Assembly (NCBI RefSeq): GCF_013373065.1
Contig: NZ_JABXIN010000008.1
Coordinates: forward strand, 31,166-95,165
DNA from: Algoriphagus sp.
Lineage (GTDB): Bacteria; Bacteroidota; Bacteroidia; Cytophagales; Cyclobacteriaceae
Reading direction: 5' to 3'
Length of the DNA stretch: 64,000 nt
Shown here: positions 25,923 to 36,100 of the stretch, piece by piece
How the letters are laid out: each line of letters starts with the position of its first letter
Numbering within the stretch: the stretch's first letter is position 1
Position numbers and translations under genes: made by a program
The notes under the pieces: generated by a model
What the model was told of the DNA's origin: nothing
Databases searched by the model: none
Seen by the model: only the letters and a program-made list of their open reading frames with translations

Positions 25923-27809
25923 ATGGCTACAGCATCTGTTGCAACACATGATACAGCACACGATCATCATGATCATGAGCATCATGACAATTTTGTGACC
26001 AAATATATCTTCTCTACCGATCACAAAATGATCGGAAAGCAATTCTTGGTGACAGGTATATTTTGGGCCTTGATTGGTGGTCTTTTATCTGTTCTTTTCA
26101 GACTTCAACTGGGTTTCCCAGATATGAATTTGGAATGGCTAAGACCATTGCTAGGCGGTTGGATCACGGAAACCGGTCAATTAGATCAAACGTTCTACTT
26201 GGCGCTTGTTACAATGCATGGTACCATCATGGTATTCTTCGTATTGACTGCTGGTTTGAGTGGTACTTTCTCCAATTTTCTAATTCCACTTCAAATTGGT
26301 GCCCGTGATATGGCATCAGGGTTTATGAACATGTTGTCTTACTGGTTCTTCTTTATTTCCAGTGTGATCATGTTTATTTCCCTATTTATTAAAACCGGAC
26401 CTGCTGGTGGTGGATGGGTTGTTTATCCTCCATTATCTGCTCTGGAACAAGCTATTCCGGGTTCTGGACTTGGAATGACTTTGTGGTTGATTGCCATGAC
26501 CTTCTTTATTGCTTCTTCCTTGTTGGGGGGTATTAACTACATCACAACGGTAATTAACCTTCGAACAAAAGGGATGTCATTCTCTAGACTTCCATTGACC
26601 ATTTGGGCGTTCTTCCTAACTGCTGTCATCGGTCTATTGTCATTCCCTGTATTGTTTGCCGCTGCTTTATTGCTAGTATTTGATAGAAGTTTTGGTACTT
26701 CGTTCTACTTATCTGATATCTATATTGGAGGAGAGGCATTGCCAAACACAGGCGGAAGCCCTGTTTTGTACCAGCACTTATTCTGGTTCTTAGGGCACCC
26801 TGAAGTTTATATCGTATTACTACCTGCTTTGGGTATTACTTCTGAAGTAATTGCGACCAATTCAAGAAAGCCAATCTTTGGATATAAGGCAATGATTATT
26901 TCCATGTTGGGGATCACCATCCTTTCATTCATCGTTTGGGCTCACCATATGTTCGTGTCCGGAATGAATCCTTTCTTGGGATCTATCTTTATGTTCCTGA
27001 CATTGATTATTGCGATTCCTTCTGCGGTAAAAGTATTTAACTATTTGACAACGCTTTGGAGAGGAAACTTGATTTTTACTCCAGCGATGTTGTTCTCCAT
27101 CGGTTTGGTTTCCTTCTTTATTTCTGGAGGTCTTACCGGTATTTTCTTGGGTAACTCTGCTATTGATATTCAATTGCATGATACCTATTTCGTAGTTGCC
27201 CACTTCCACTTGGTAATGGGTTCGGCTTCATTCTTTGGATTGGTAGCAGGTGTTTATCACTGGTTCCCTAAGATGTTTGGTCGAATGATGGATGCCAGAT
27301 TGGGATATGTTCATTTCTGGTTGACATTCGTTGGGGTTTACATGGTATTCTTCCCAATGCACTACATCGGTATTGCTGGATTCCCAAGAAGATACTACTC
27401 TTGGACAGGTTTTGAGTTCTCTAACATGTATACTGATTTGAACATGTTTGTGTCTGTTGCGGCTATTATCACTTTTGCTGCTCAGTTTATCTTCTTGTTC
27501 AATTTCTTCTATTCTATGTATAGAGGAAGAAAAGCAACTCAAAACCCATGGAGATCCAATACATTGGAATGGACAACTCCAATCCATCCTGGTCACGGAA
27601 ACTGGCCTGGAGAAATCCCAACAGTTTATCGTTGGCCTTATGATTACTCCAAGCCTGGAGCTAAGGAAGATTTCATTCCTCAGACAGTTCCGCTTTCTGC
27701 TACCCCAGAATCCAATCTTCCTCACGAGCAAGAGCTAGTGAAATTGGAGCTGGAAATTATGAAAGAAGAATCCGAGGCTTTGGTTGCTAATGAAGCAAAA
27801 GAATCATAA
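25923..27809 (+). CDS. ctaD: Cytochrome c oxidase subunit I
   Basis: 628 aa. Motifs FWFLGHPEVYIVLLP and WAHHMFVSG, 12 or more TM helices, and a His-rich N-terminal tail. Confidence 0.95.
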   Translation: MATASVATHDTAHDHHDHEHHDNFVTKYIFSTDHKMIGKQFLVTGIFWALIGGLLSVLFRLQLGFPDMNLEWLRPLLGGWITETGQLDQTFYLALVTMHGTIMVFFVLTAGLSGTFSNFLIPLQIGARDMASGFMNMLSYWFFFISSVIMFISLFIKTGPAGGGWVVYPPLSALEQAIPGSGLGMTLWLIAMTFFIASSLLGGINYITTVINLRTKGMSFSRLPLTIWAFFLTAVIGLLSFPVLFAAALLLVFDRSFGTSFYLSDIYIGGEALPNTGGSPVLYQHLFWFLGHPEVYIVLLPALGITSEVIATNSRKPIFGYKAMIISMLGITILSFIVWAHHMFVSGMNPFLGSIFMFLTLIIAIPSAVKVFNYLTTLWRGNLIFTPAMLFSIGLVSFFISGGLTGIFLGNSAIDIQLHDTYFVVAHFHLVMGSASFFGLVAGVYHWFPKMFGRMMDARLGYVHFWLTFVGVYMVFFPMHYIGIAGFPRRYYSWTGFEFSNMYTDLNMFVSVAAIITFAAQFIFLFNFFYSMYRGRKATQNPWRSNTLEWTTPIHPGHGNWPGEIPTVYRWPYDYSKPGAKEDFIPQTVPLSATPESNLPHEQELVKLELEIMKEESEALVANEAKES

Positions 27810-28872
27810 AGAAATTTACAGCTTCCGCAGTATCAGTTTGATGACGGTGGTTGCTGTTTATTTTCTCATACTGGTCGGAGGGATTGTCAGAAGTACCGGT
27901 TCTGGTATGGGCTGTCCCGATTGGCCGAAATGTTTTGGGAGCGTGATACCACCGACAAGTGTGGATCAGCTCCCAAAAAATTATCAGGAGATTTACCTTG
28001 AAAAAAGGTTGGCTAAAAACGAAAGGTTTGTAGCTACACTTGAAAAATTGGGTTTTGAAAAAGCTGCGAATCGCATAGCAACAGACAAGTCCATTTTGGT
28101 TGAGCAGGAGTTTAATGCCACCAAAACTTGGATTGAATACGTGAATCGATTAATCGGAGTGGTCATCGGATTATTCATTATTCTCACCGTTTGGAGATCT
28201 TTCAAACTTTGGTCTAGAGATAGATGGATTCCCATTCTCTCCGTGTTTTCTCTGATTCTTGTTCTATTTCAAGGTTGGATAGGTTCCTTAGTGGTTTCAA
28301 CCAACTTATTGGAATGGATGATTACCCTTCACATGATTCTTGCATTGCTCCTTGTTGCTCTTTTGCTTTATATTAATCATAGAGCCTTGTATTTGGATAA
28401 AGAGGAAAAAGCTTTGGATGAAGTTCCACTCAAACTAAAGGGTTTATTGATCCTTGGAACTATATTAATGTTGGTTCAAGTTGTGATGGGAACGCAAGTT
28501 CGGGAGCACATTGATCAGATTGCCCTCCAGCTTGGTGGATTGATGCGGGATACTTGGGTAGAAAGTGCAGGGATGATTTTTATCATCCATAGATCTTTCT
28601 CACTATTGCTATTGCTAGTGCATGTAGTGTATTTCATCTGGGTTTTTCGATACACCCATCGAAAATCCTCTTCCAATATGTGGTCTCAAGTTCTGATTCT
28701 ATTGATTCTATTTGAGATTGCCTCAGGTGTAGGTATGGCATATTTTGCAATACCAGCCTTTTTACAACCCATCCATCTATTAGTTGGGTCTTTGATTATA
28801 GGAGTACAGTTTATGTTAATACTTCAACTCAAAACCCAAAAAGGTTTGACTTTAATTTCAAATCCGGCATGA
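27790..28872 (+). CDS. ctaA: Heme A synthase (COX15/CtaA family)
   Basis: Motif GSGMGCPDWPKCFG in a polytopic protein. I prefer the ATG at 27790 to the TTG at 27784. It overlaps the ctaD 3' end by 20 nt. Confidence 0.85.
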   Translation: MKQKNHKEIYSFRSISLMTVVAVYFLILVGGIVRSTGSGMGCPDWPKCFGSVIPPTSVDQLPKNYQEIYLEKRLAKNERFVATLEKLGFEKAANRIATDKSILVEQEFNATKTWIEYVNRLIGVVIGLFIILTVWRSFKLWSRDRWIPILSVFSLILVLFQGWIGSLVVSTNLLEWMITLHMILALLLVALLLYINHRALYLDKEEKALDEVPLKLKGLLILGTILMLVQVVMGTQVREHIDQIALQLGGLMRDTWVESAGMIFIIHRSFSLLLLLVHVVYFIWVFRYTHRKSSSNMWSQVLILLILFEIASGVGMAYFAIPAFLQPIHLLVGSLIIGVQFMLILQLKTQKGLTLISNPA

Positions 28873-29774
28873 GGACAGTTGGTGTAACTGACCATAGTAT
28901 ATTTCAAGCTTTAATTCTTAGAGTTAAAGCCTATGCAGAACTCATTAAAGTTCGACTTTCGGCTTTAGTGACCTTTTCTGCTGTATTCGGGTATATCCTT
29001 GGAGATTCCAGTCCTAATTTTGGATGGTCAGGATTCCTTGGTTTAGCCTTAGGTGGATTTTTGATTTCAGGAGCATCTGGTGCCGCCAATGAGATTATGG
29101 AGCGGGATTTGGATAAGCTGATGAAGCGAACTCAAAATCGTCCTTTACCCCTTCAAATCATCAGTGTAAAAGAAGCTACTTGGTTTACCATTTTAGTAGC
29201 ATTTCTTGGAATTACGCTTCTTTGGATATTTACTAACCCATTGACCACTTGGCTGGGAGTATTGAGCATGATTCTTTATGTTTTTGCTTATACTCCTTTG
29301 AAAAGAGTGGGGCCTATTGCTGTTTTTGTTGGTGCAATTCCAGGGGCGATGCCTCCCTTGTTGGGATGGACAGCAGCGACAGGAGCGATCAGTTATGAAG
29401 CTTTGATCATTTTTGGGATTCAATTTATTTGGCAGTTTCCTCACTTTTGGGCTATTGCCTGGGTAAGTGACGAAGATTATAAACGAGCTGGCTTTAAATT
29501 GTTGCCAAGCGGAGGTGGCCAAGATTTGAATACTGCTATTCAAATCATGATTTACACCCTTTTCTTATTACCCTTGGGACTTCTTCCAACATATTTTGGA
29601 TTAACTGGCTTGAATTCAGGGATTGTAGCCACGATTTGCGGAGTTCTTTTTCTTGCGCAAACCTTCACTTTAATGCGTGATTGTTCAAGGAAGTCTGCGC
29701 TGAAAATCATGTTCGGATCTTTCCTTTATTTACCGATCGTACAAATAGCTTACCTATTAGACAAACTACCATAA
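28869..29774 (+). CDS. cyoE: Protoheme IX farnesyltransferase (heme O synthase)
   Basis: UbiA-type motif NEIMERDLDKLMKRTQNRPL. ATGA overlap with ctaA. Confidence 0.9.
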   Translation: MRTVGVTDHSIFQALILRVKAYAELIKVRLSALVTFSAVFGYILGDSSPNFGWSGFLGLALGGFLISGASGAANEIMERDLDKLMKRTQNRPLPLQIISVKEATWFTILVAFLGITLLWIFTNPLTTWLGVLSMILYVFAYTPLKRVGPIAVFVGAIPGAMPPLLGWTAATGAISYEALIIFGIQFIWQFPHFWAIAWVSDEDYKRAGFKLLPSGGGQDLNTAIQIMIYTLFLLPLGLLPTYFGLTGLNSGIVATICGVLFLAQTFTLMRDCSRKSALKIMFGSFLYLPIVQIAYLLDKLP

Positions 29775-29775
29775 C

Positions 29776-30357
29776 ATGGAAAAAGAGCTAAAATATGTCG
29801 ATTTGGTGGAGCAACCAATCTCCATGCATCCTAAGAAGTTTGCCTTGTGGCTCTTCATGGTTACTGTGGTTATGATATTTGCTGCTTTAACTAGTGCTTA
29901 TATTGTTAGACAAGCTGAAGGGAATTGGTTAGAATATGATTTACCGGAAATTTTCTGGTATACATCGGGTATTGTGCTTTTGAGTTCTGTCTTTCTACAT
30001 TGGGCTTACCTTTCAGCCAAAAAAGACAATCTGCTACAATTGCGGATTGGTATGACACTGGCGGTAGTCCTTGGAATAGCTTTTTTGGTGGGCCAATGGT
30101 ATAGTTGGGTTGCCTTGGTGGATCGTCAGGTTTTCTTCGTTGGGAACCCGTCCGGTTCATTCCTTTATGTTTTCACCGGCTTGCATGGGCTTCACTTAAT
30201 TAGCGGTGTGATATTTCTGATTATTGTATTAATTTCGTCTTTCAGATATAAAGTTCATTCTCAATCTATGGATACAATGGAAATGGCCACTAGTTATTGG
30301 CATTTTCTAGGTGGTTTGTGGATTTATCTCTTTATGTTTTTGCTTTTGAATCATTAA
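29776..30357 (+). CDS. Cytochrome c oxidase subunit III-family protein (short, ~5 TM)
   Basis: 193 aa. The C-terminal pattern WHFLGGLWIYLF resembles the subunit III signature WHFVD..W. Confidence 0.75.
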   Translation: MEKELKYVDLVEQPISMHPKKFALWLFMVTVVMIFAALTSAYIVRQAEGNWLEYDLPEIFWYTSGIVLLSSVFLHWAYLSAKKDNLLQLRIGMTLAVVLGIAFLVGQWYSWVALVDRQVFFVGNPSGSFLYVFTGLHGLHLISGVIFLIIVLISSFRYKVHSQSMDTMEMATSYWHFLGGLWIYLFMFLLLNH

Positions 30358-30382
30358 TTTACCTGGTACAAATAAATAACAT

Positions 30383-31159
30383 ATGTCTGCGCATTCTACT
30401 GCAATAGGAGTTAGCTCGAAAAGGGGCACTTGGGGCGGGGGTAACGAACCTCTCAAGGCTAGTTATGGAAAACTGATGATGTGGTTTTTCCTATTATCGG
30501 ATATCTTCACATTCGCTGCTTTTCTGATTAGTTACCTTTCCATTCGCTTGAGCTATCCATCTTACAATGGTCCTCTTGATTCTTTTATTGGATCTAATGA
30601 ATACTGGCCAGTTCCGGAATTGGTTTTCGAGGCAGTTCCTTTCCTTCATGGATTCCACGCTCCATTGGTGTTTGTTGGTATCATGACATTTATCTTGATT
30701 TCTAGCTCTGTGACCATGGTATTGGCAGTGGAAGCTGGACATCGAAATGATAGAAATGATGTAGTAAAGTGGATGCTTTGGACGATGGTAGGTGGAATTA
30801 CCTTCCTTAGCTGTCAGGCTTGGGAGTGGAATCACTTCATTCACGGAACCGATACTGGTTCTATCATGACTTACATCAACTCCTTGAGTAGAGAAGTTAC
30901 AGAAACTGTTTTTGGAGCCAATTTAGTGGTTAACGAATATGGACCACCAGCATTTGCCCAGCTATTTTTCTTCATTACTGGCTTCCACGGTTTCCACGTA
31001 ACAATCGGTGTTGTTTTGTTATTCTTGGCTTTCTATCAAGCTGCAGTGGGTGTGTATGATCGAAGAGGTCATTATGAAATGATTGAAAAAATCGGTCTAT
31101 ACTGGCACTTCGTTGACTTGGTATGGGTCTTCGTATTTACCTTATTCTATCTGATCTAA
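30383..31159 (+). CDS. ctaE: Cytochrome c oxidase subunit III
   Basis: 258 aa. Motifs FFFITGFHGFHVTIGV and YWHFVDLVWVFVF. Confidence 0.85.
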   Translation: MSAHSTAIGVSSKRGTWGGGNEPLKASYGKLMMWFFLLSDIFTFAAFLISYLSIRLSYPSYNGPLDSFIGSNEYWPVPELVFEAVPFLHGFHAPLVFVGIMTFILISSSVTMVLAVEAGHRNDRNDVVKWMLWTMVGGITFLSCQAWEWNHFIHGTDTGSIMTYINSLSREVTETVFGANLVVNEYGPPAFAQLFFFITGFHGFHVTIGVVLLFLAFYQAAVGVYDRRGHYEMIEKIGLYWHFVDLVWVFVFTLFYLI

Positions 31160-31179
31160 CGTATTAAAGAAATTAAGAA

Positions 31180-31509
31180 ATGGAAATCCAAGATTCTAAA
31201 TCTACACTTCAAGTTATTCCTCGGAATAATGAAAAAATAAAGAAAATCTGGAAAACAGCAGGAATCCTTCTAGCTATTACTGTAGCTGAGTTTATCATGG
31301 CGTTTACCATGGATAGAGGTTTACTTTTATATGCACTTTTCATCATTTTGACGATTTGGAAAGCCAAATACATCATGATGGAATTTATGCACCTTGGTGA
31401 TGAAGTGAAGCCTTTATTCTATTCCATCATTGTACCATTGATTTTCTTGGTGTGGTTACTGATTGCACTTGCAAAAGAAGGAACAGACATCTTTATGATG
31501 CGCTGGTAG
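31180..31509 (+). CDS. Prokaryotic cytochrome c oxidase subunit IV-like small membrane protein
   Basis: 109 aa with three TM helices, in the position after subunit III. Confidence 0.65.
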   Translation: MEIQDSKSTLQVIPRNNEKIKKIWKTAGILLAITVAEFIMAFTMDRGLLLYALFIILTIWKAKYIMMEFMHLGDEVKPLFYSIIVPLIFLVWLLIALAKEGTDIFMMRW

Positions 31510-31534
31510 AATAAAAATAAAAATGGATAAAAAA

Positions 31535-31570
31535 AGTAGGTTGAGGTGTGACACTTCAACCTACTTTTTT
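31535..31570 (+). terminator. Strong intrinsic terminator ending the ACIII-oxidase transcription unit
   Basis: agtaggttgagg (31535-31546) pairs with cttcaacctact (31554-31565) with one G.U or mismatch, followed by T6. Confidence 0.8.
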
Positions 31571-31584
31571 GTTGTAAGGACATT

Positions 31585-32253
31585 ATGAAAGGATTGAGGA
31601 TTTTACAAGGGTTAGTACTTGTTTGTATTTTGTTGATACCGGTACTAATCATTCTGTTTCTAAAAAACTTTGGGGAAAATAAATACGACTTACCCGTATT
31701 TTATGAAAATGGAGTTAGTAATCCATTTATGGAGTGTCCACCCAATGACAGTACCCAACATTATATTCCCGAATTTACCTTCACCAACCAGTACGGTGAA
31801 TCAGTGGGTAGAAAAGAAATGGAGGGAAAAATTACCATTGTAGACTTCTTCTTTACTTCCTGCCCGAGCATTTGCCCAATCATGTCAAAGGAAATGGAGA
31901 GAGTAAATGATATGTTTCGAGATGAGCCCATGGTTCAAATCATGTCTATTAGCATTGATCCGACCTACGATACGCCACAGGTTTTGATGGAATACGCAGA
32001 CCGTCATAATGCGATTCCAGGTAAATGGCATTTTTTGACGGGTCCACCTGAACTTACCTATCAATTAGCAAAATGTGGCTTTGTCCTCCCAACTATTGAC
32101 GGAATGGGGAATCCAGATGATTTTGTACACAGTGATAAGTTTGTTTTAGTAGATGAGTTAGGGAGAATCAGGGGATATTACAGCGGGACAAACAGAGAGG
32201 ACGTAGATTTGTTAATGTTAGAAACAAAAGTATTGCTTCATGGAAAACAATAA
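31585..32253 (+). CDS. SCO1/SenC-family copper chaperone (thioredoxin fold)
   Basis: 222 aa with an N-terminal TM anchor. CPSICP motif and a downstream His (FVHSD). Confidence 0.85.
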   Translation: MKGLRILQGLVLVCILLIPVLIILFLKNFGENKYDLPVFYENGVSNPFMECPPNDSTQHYIPEFTFTNQYGESVGRKEMEGKITIVDFFFTSCPSICPIMSKEMERVNDMFRDEPMVQIMSISIDPTYDTPQVLMEYADRHNAIPGKWHFLTGPPELTYQLAKCGFVLPTIDGMGNPDDFVHSDKFVLVDELGRIRGYYSGTNREDVDLLMLETKVLLHGKQ

Positions 32254-32791
32254 TTCGCTTCTTCAGAATGAGGCTAAAGTAAAGAACTGGATCATTTTCG
32301 TTTCAGTTCTAGTCCCCTTGTTAGTGGCAGTTTTACTTTTTATGCCAGAAAAAGTAGATGTAGGTGCTGAATGGGTTTATTTTTTACCCCATCTGAATGC
32401 CGTGATTAATTCTGCAGCTAGTATAGCCTTGCTGCTTGGTTTGATGTTCGTGAAGAAAAAAATGTACAATTATCATGGGGCTACGATGAGTGTGGCTTTT
32501 GTTTTAGGAGCCATTTTCCTAGTTTCTTATGTGGTATATCATGGTGCTGCGGAGAGCACGCCTTTTGGTGGAGAGGGATGGATTCGTCCGGTCTATTATT
32601 TTCTTTTGATATCTCATATTGTTTTGGCAGCAGTGGCACTATTTCCGATTCTTTTCGCTTATTACTATGGATACACTGATCAGCGGGCAAAACATAGAAA
32701 AGTAGTTAAATTTGCTTACCCCATTTGGTTGTATGTATCTGTTACAGGTGTTATCGTTTATTTGATGATTTCACCATATTACACTCATTAA
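32240..32791 (+). CDS. DUF420 membrane protein (CtaM-like oxidase assembly factor family)
   Basis: 183 aa with 4-5 TM helices. It overlaps the SCO gene by 14 nt. The family assignment is by recollection of DUF420 sequences. Confidence 0.65.
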   Translation: MENNNSLLQNEAKVKNWIIFVSVLVPLLVAVLLFMPEKVDVGAEWVYFLPHLNAVINSAASIALLLGLMFVKKKMYNYHGATMSVAFVLGAIFLVSYVVYHGAAESTPFGGEGWIRPVYYFLLISHIVLAAVALFPILFAYYYGYTDQRAKHRKVVKFAYPIWLYVSVTGVIVYLMISPYYTH

Positions 32792-32819
32792 GTAATCCCA
32801 TTAGGGTGATTCAAAACGT

Positions 32820-33065
32820 ATGAAGTTAAAATCAGTATTAGTCATTATTTTCTTTTTTGGATTTCAGGTAACAACATGGGCTCAATGTGCCATGTGCCGG
32901 GCCTCCGTGGAAAATAATGTTAGTAATGGAGACACCACAATTGGGGCAGGATTGAATACGGGGATCCTTTATTTATTCGCCATGCCCTATTTAATTGCCT
33001 TGGTAATTGGCTTGCTTTGGTATCGTGCCGCAAAAAAAAGAAAGTCTAAAATCGCAATCCGATAA
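32820..33065 (+). CDS. 81-aa membrane mini-protein with N-terminal CxxC motif, function unknown
   Basis: It has a signal-like helix ending TWAQ, then CAMC, then a C-terminal TM helix (ILYLFAMPYLIALVIGLLWY) and a basic tail. A terminator follows. Confidence 0.6.
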   Translation: MKLKSVLVIIFFFGFQVTTWAQCAMCRASVENNVSNGDTTIGAGLNTGILYLFAMPYLIALVIGLLWYRAAKKRKSKIAIR

Positions 33066-33075
33066 TTCTCCTTAG

Positions 33076-33107
33076 AGCAAAGTTTGAATCAAGACTTTGC
33101 TTTTTTT
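33076..33107 (+). terminator. Intrinsic terminator after the SCO-DUF420-CxxC unit
   Basis: agcaaagt (33076-33083) pairs with actttgct (33094-33101), followed by T7. Confidence 0.75.
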
Positions 33108-33120
33108 ATTTTTAGAGGAA

Positions 33121-36100
33121 ATGAGCTCAAATATCAAAAGGCTGATCATCCTGATCAGTGCCCTTTCCTTGCTTATCGTTTTGATTGTGAATTTCTTTTT
33201 CTTTCAGAAGAGCGAGGAAGAGGGATTTTATCAAGCTGTTCAAGACGAAATCATCCAAATAGACCGGGAGTTTGATGAGGATTTTGTACAGATCCTTATG
33301 GATGTTCGTCCTGATGAGCAATTGAGTTTTGAGCAAGTTTCGGCCCCCGAAAAAAATCATCCCTTTTTTATTCTTGACATTGAAGAAAAGCTACTCTATT
33401 GGACGGATTTCTCTTTTAGCTTCGATTTGGATCAAGTGGATCTTTCCAAGGAATATCAAGTGGTGGAGGATCCTTATGGTACCTTTTTATTGAAGTCTAG
33501 AAAATTATCCCGGAATGGAGATTCTTTTTATGTAGTCCATGCTTTTCGATTGTATTGGCCTGGTTCTATTTCCAATGATTACTTGCTTACAGGAGCTAAT
33601 CGCCGCTTGTTTGGAAATGATCAAATCCGGATTTCTGAACCTTCAGGTAACGCAGCTTTCCTGGTGACAAATGCTGCAGGAATTCCCCTCTTTGGACTTG
33701 ATTTTGAGTTTGGATATCAATCTGCTGGGCGTATTGCTAATCCAGCCATATTGATATTTTTCATTTCTGTCTTCCTATTGTACTTCATTCTCAGTTCGGA
33801 TTTTGTTCTTAGGAAATGGCGAAAAGGAAGGCGATGGCAAGCAATAGGCTATGGAGCTTTGGTTTTTTTTGCATTTCGATTAGTCATGCTCCTACTAAGC
33901 TTCCCAGGTTCTTATTTCAATCAAAAGCTTTTCGACCCAACGAATTATGCTTCTTCCTGGCTAAATCCAAGTTTGGGAGACTTACTGGTCAATACGGTCT
34001 TCGGAGTAGTAGTAGGTGGAATGCTGGCTTATCAATTTGCAACGCCGGTAGTTCAGAAAAAAATCAAAGTACTGGATACGGATCGGGACCATCAAGTCTT
34101 TTTTGGGATCTTATTTTTGATTTCCTCCATAGGATTTTTCAATGTTTGGTTCCTTCCTCAAGATCTGATAGAAAACTCCCAATGGTCCATGGATATTTCT
34201 GCCATCCCAACGTTTGGATGGTTCGAAGGGATCAGCTTTTTAATTGTTTTTCTATGGGCAGGAGTATATGTTATGTTTAGCCTCACCTTGGTTAGTTTAC
34301 TTTTTGAACTTCGATCAGACCGCGGCTTTTTTACCAAATATTTATTGATCCTTGGAATTCCAATCGCGATTATCCTCTTTTTGTTTTCAACTTGGCTCGG
34401 GGTTTCATGGTTGGTTCATCTGGGTTTCCTCTATGCTATAATTCGGTTAAAGCTTTTTGAGCATGTCTTCCGATTAGGGCTCAATACCTTTTTAACTTTC
34501 TTCTTCGCCAGTCTGGTCTGTGCAATCATTGCAGGGCTTTCTACCTTTCAAACAGAGGGAGAGCAGCTGAATCAATCCAAAACTCGGTTTGCAAAACAGA
34601 ATTTAATCGAGAGCGATGTCATGACTGAATTTTTCTTGGGAGAAGTTTTCGGAAGAATTCAGTCTGACCTTTTCATTCAAAATAGACTATCAGATCCGCT
34701 TCTTTCTAAGGAGCCGATTGAAACAAAAATCCGGAGAATTTACCTCGATAATTACTTTGATCAGTTTGAAGTGAATATCCGAGTTTTTTCAGCGAATGGT
34801 CAAGATTTGATAAATACGCAAGATGCTCGAAGCTTCAATGAACTTCGAGATCAATACATAAAATCGGACTATTTAACCAGCCAACGCGGGCTTTATTTCA
34901 TTCGAGGAAATCAAGCAGATCAAGGAAATCAATTTGTAACCTTCATTCCTGTTATTCGGGATGGGAGTAATTTGGGAACTGTTTATTTGGAGTTAACCCA
35001 ACTTCGAGTCCAACCCGGTTCCGTATATCCTCGCTTGCTTTTAGATCGGGAATTCAGTGATCGGTTGGATCCGGTAAGCTATGACTATGCTGTTTTTAGG
35101 GAGGGTGAACTCTTAAGGAATGTTGGAAACTTCAACTATTTGAGTTCTACTCTTTTGAATAGATTGGACGAGGGCAAACTCTTTCGAACGGGAATTCATG
35201 CCGATGGGTACTACCATTTAGGAATTCAAAATGGCGATGAATTGGTGGTGATTTCTTCTCCCAATCAACCTTTCTCTTACTTTTTGGGGAATATTTCGCT
35301 CTACTTTGTTGTGTTCATCATTTTGACTTTTTCTGCAATTCTTTTCAATGCCCTCCTCAAAGGGTATAAAAAGTGGGAGTTTAATTATTCCACCAAACTC
35401 CAGCTCTATCTCAATTTTGCATTCTTTTTCCCGATCATAATTATTTCAATTATCACTATTGGTTTATTGGCGAATAGCTATCGAGAAGATTTGGATCGTC
35501 AATATTTTCAAAAGTCTTATTTGATCAGAGGGAATTTGATCAATTTTCTTGGTAACAGAACACTTTCAGAAATTAATTCAGAAGCGCTTGATGAGGAAGT
35601 GGTAGGATTGGCAAATACAGTGGCTGCGGATCTGCATTTGTATGATTCGGCCGGGAACTTGATCGCGACTAATCGTCCCAACATTTTTTATAAAAAAATT
35701 CTTTCAGAGCGGATAAATCCCTTGGCTCTGGCTGCAATCGTTGAAAAAAATCAGGTTCAATTTCTTGCAGATGAGAAAGTCGGTGAGCTGTCTTACAAGT
35801 CTGTTTACCTCGCAATCCCTGACGTGAATGGGTCAGGAATTTTAGGAATTCTTTCTGTTCCTTTCTTTGAATCTGAATCAGAATTGAATGTATTGATAGC
35901 AGATGTTCTCAGTAATATTTTCAATGCTTTTGTGGTCATTTTTATTCTCTTTTTAGTGGTTTCTTATTTTGTGTCCAAGAATCTCACCTTTCCTTTCAAA
36001 CTGCTTACCCAAAAACTGAAAACCACTAATCTTGAAAATAACGAACCAATGCATTGGGAGGCAAAAGACGAGATTGGGTTGCTGGTCAACGAATACAATA

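Noticed and set aside
33816-34280. 154-aa alternative-frame ORF inside the large kinase gene; similar internal or antisense ORFs occur in ctaD (27228-27731), actB, actC and ispG.
   Set aside because: They are embedded in well-supported genes. Their translations are compositionally odd (Ser/Arg/Cys-rich), and there are no independent signals.
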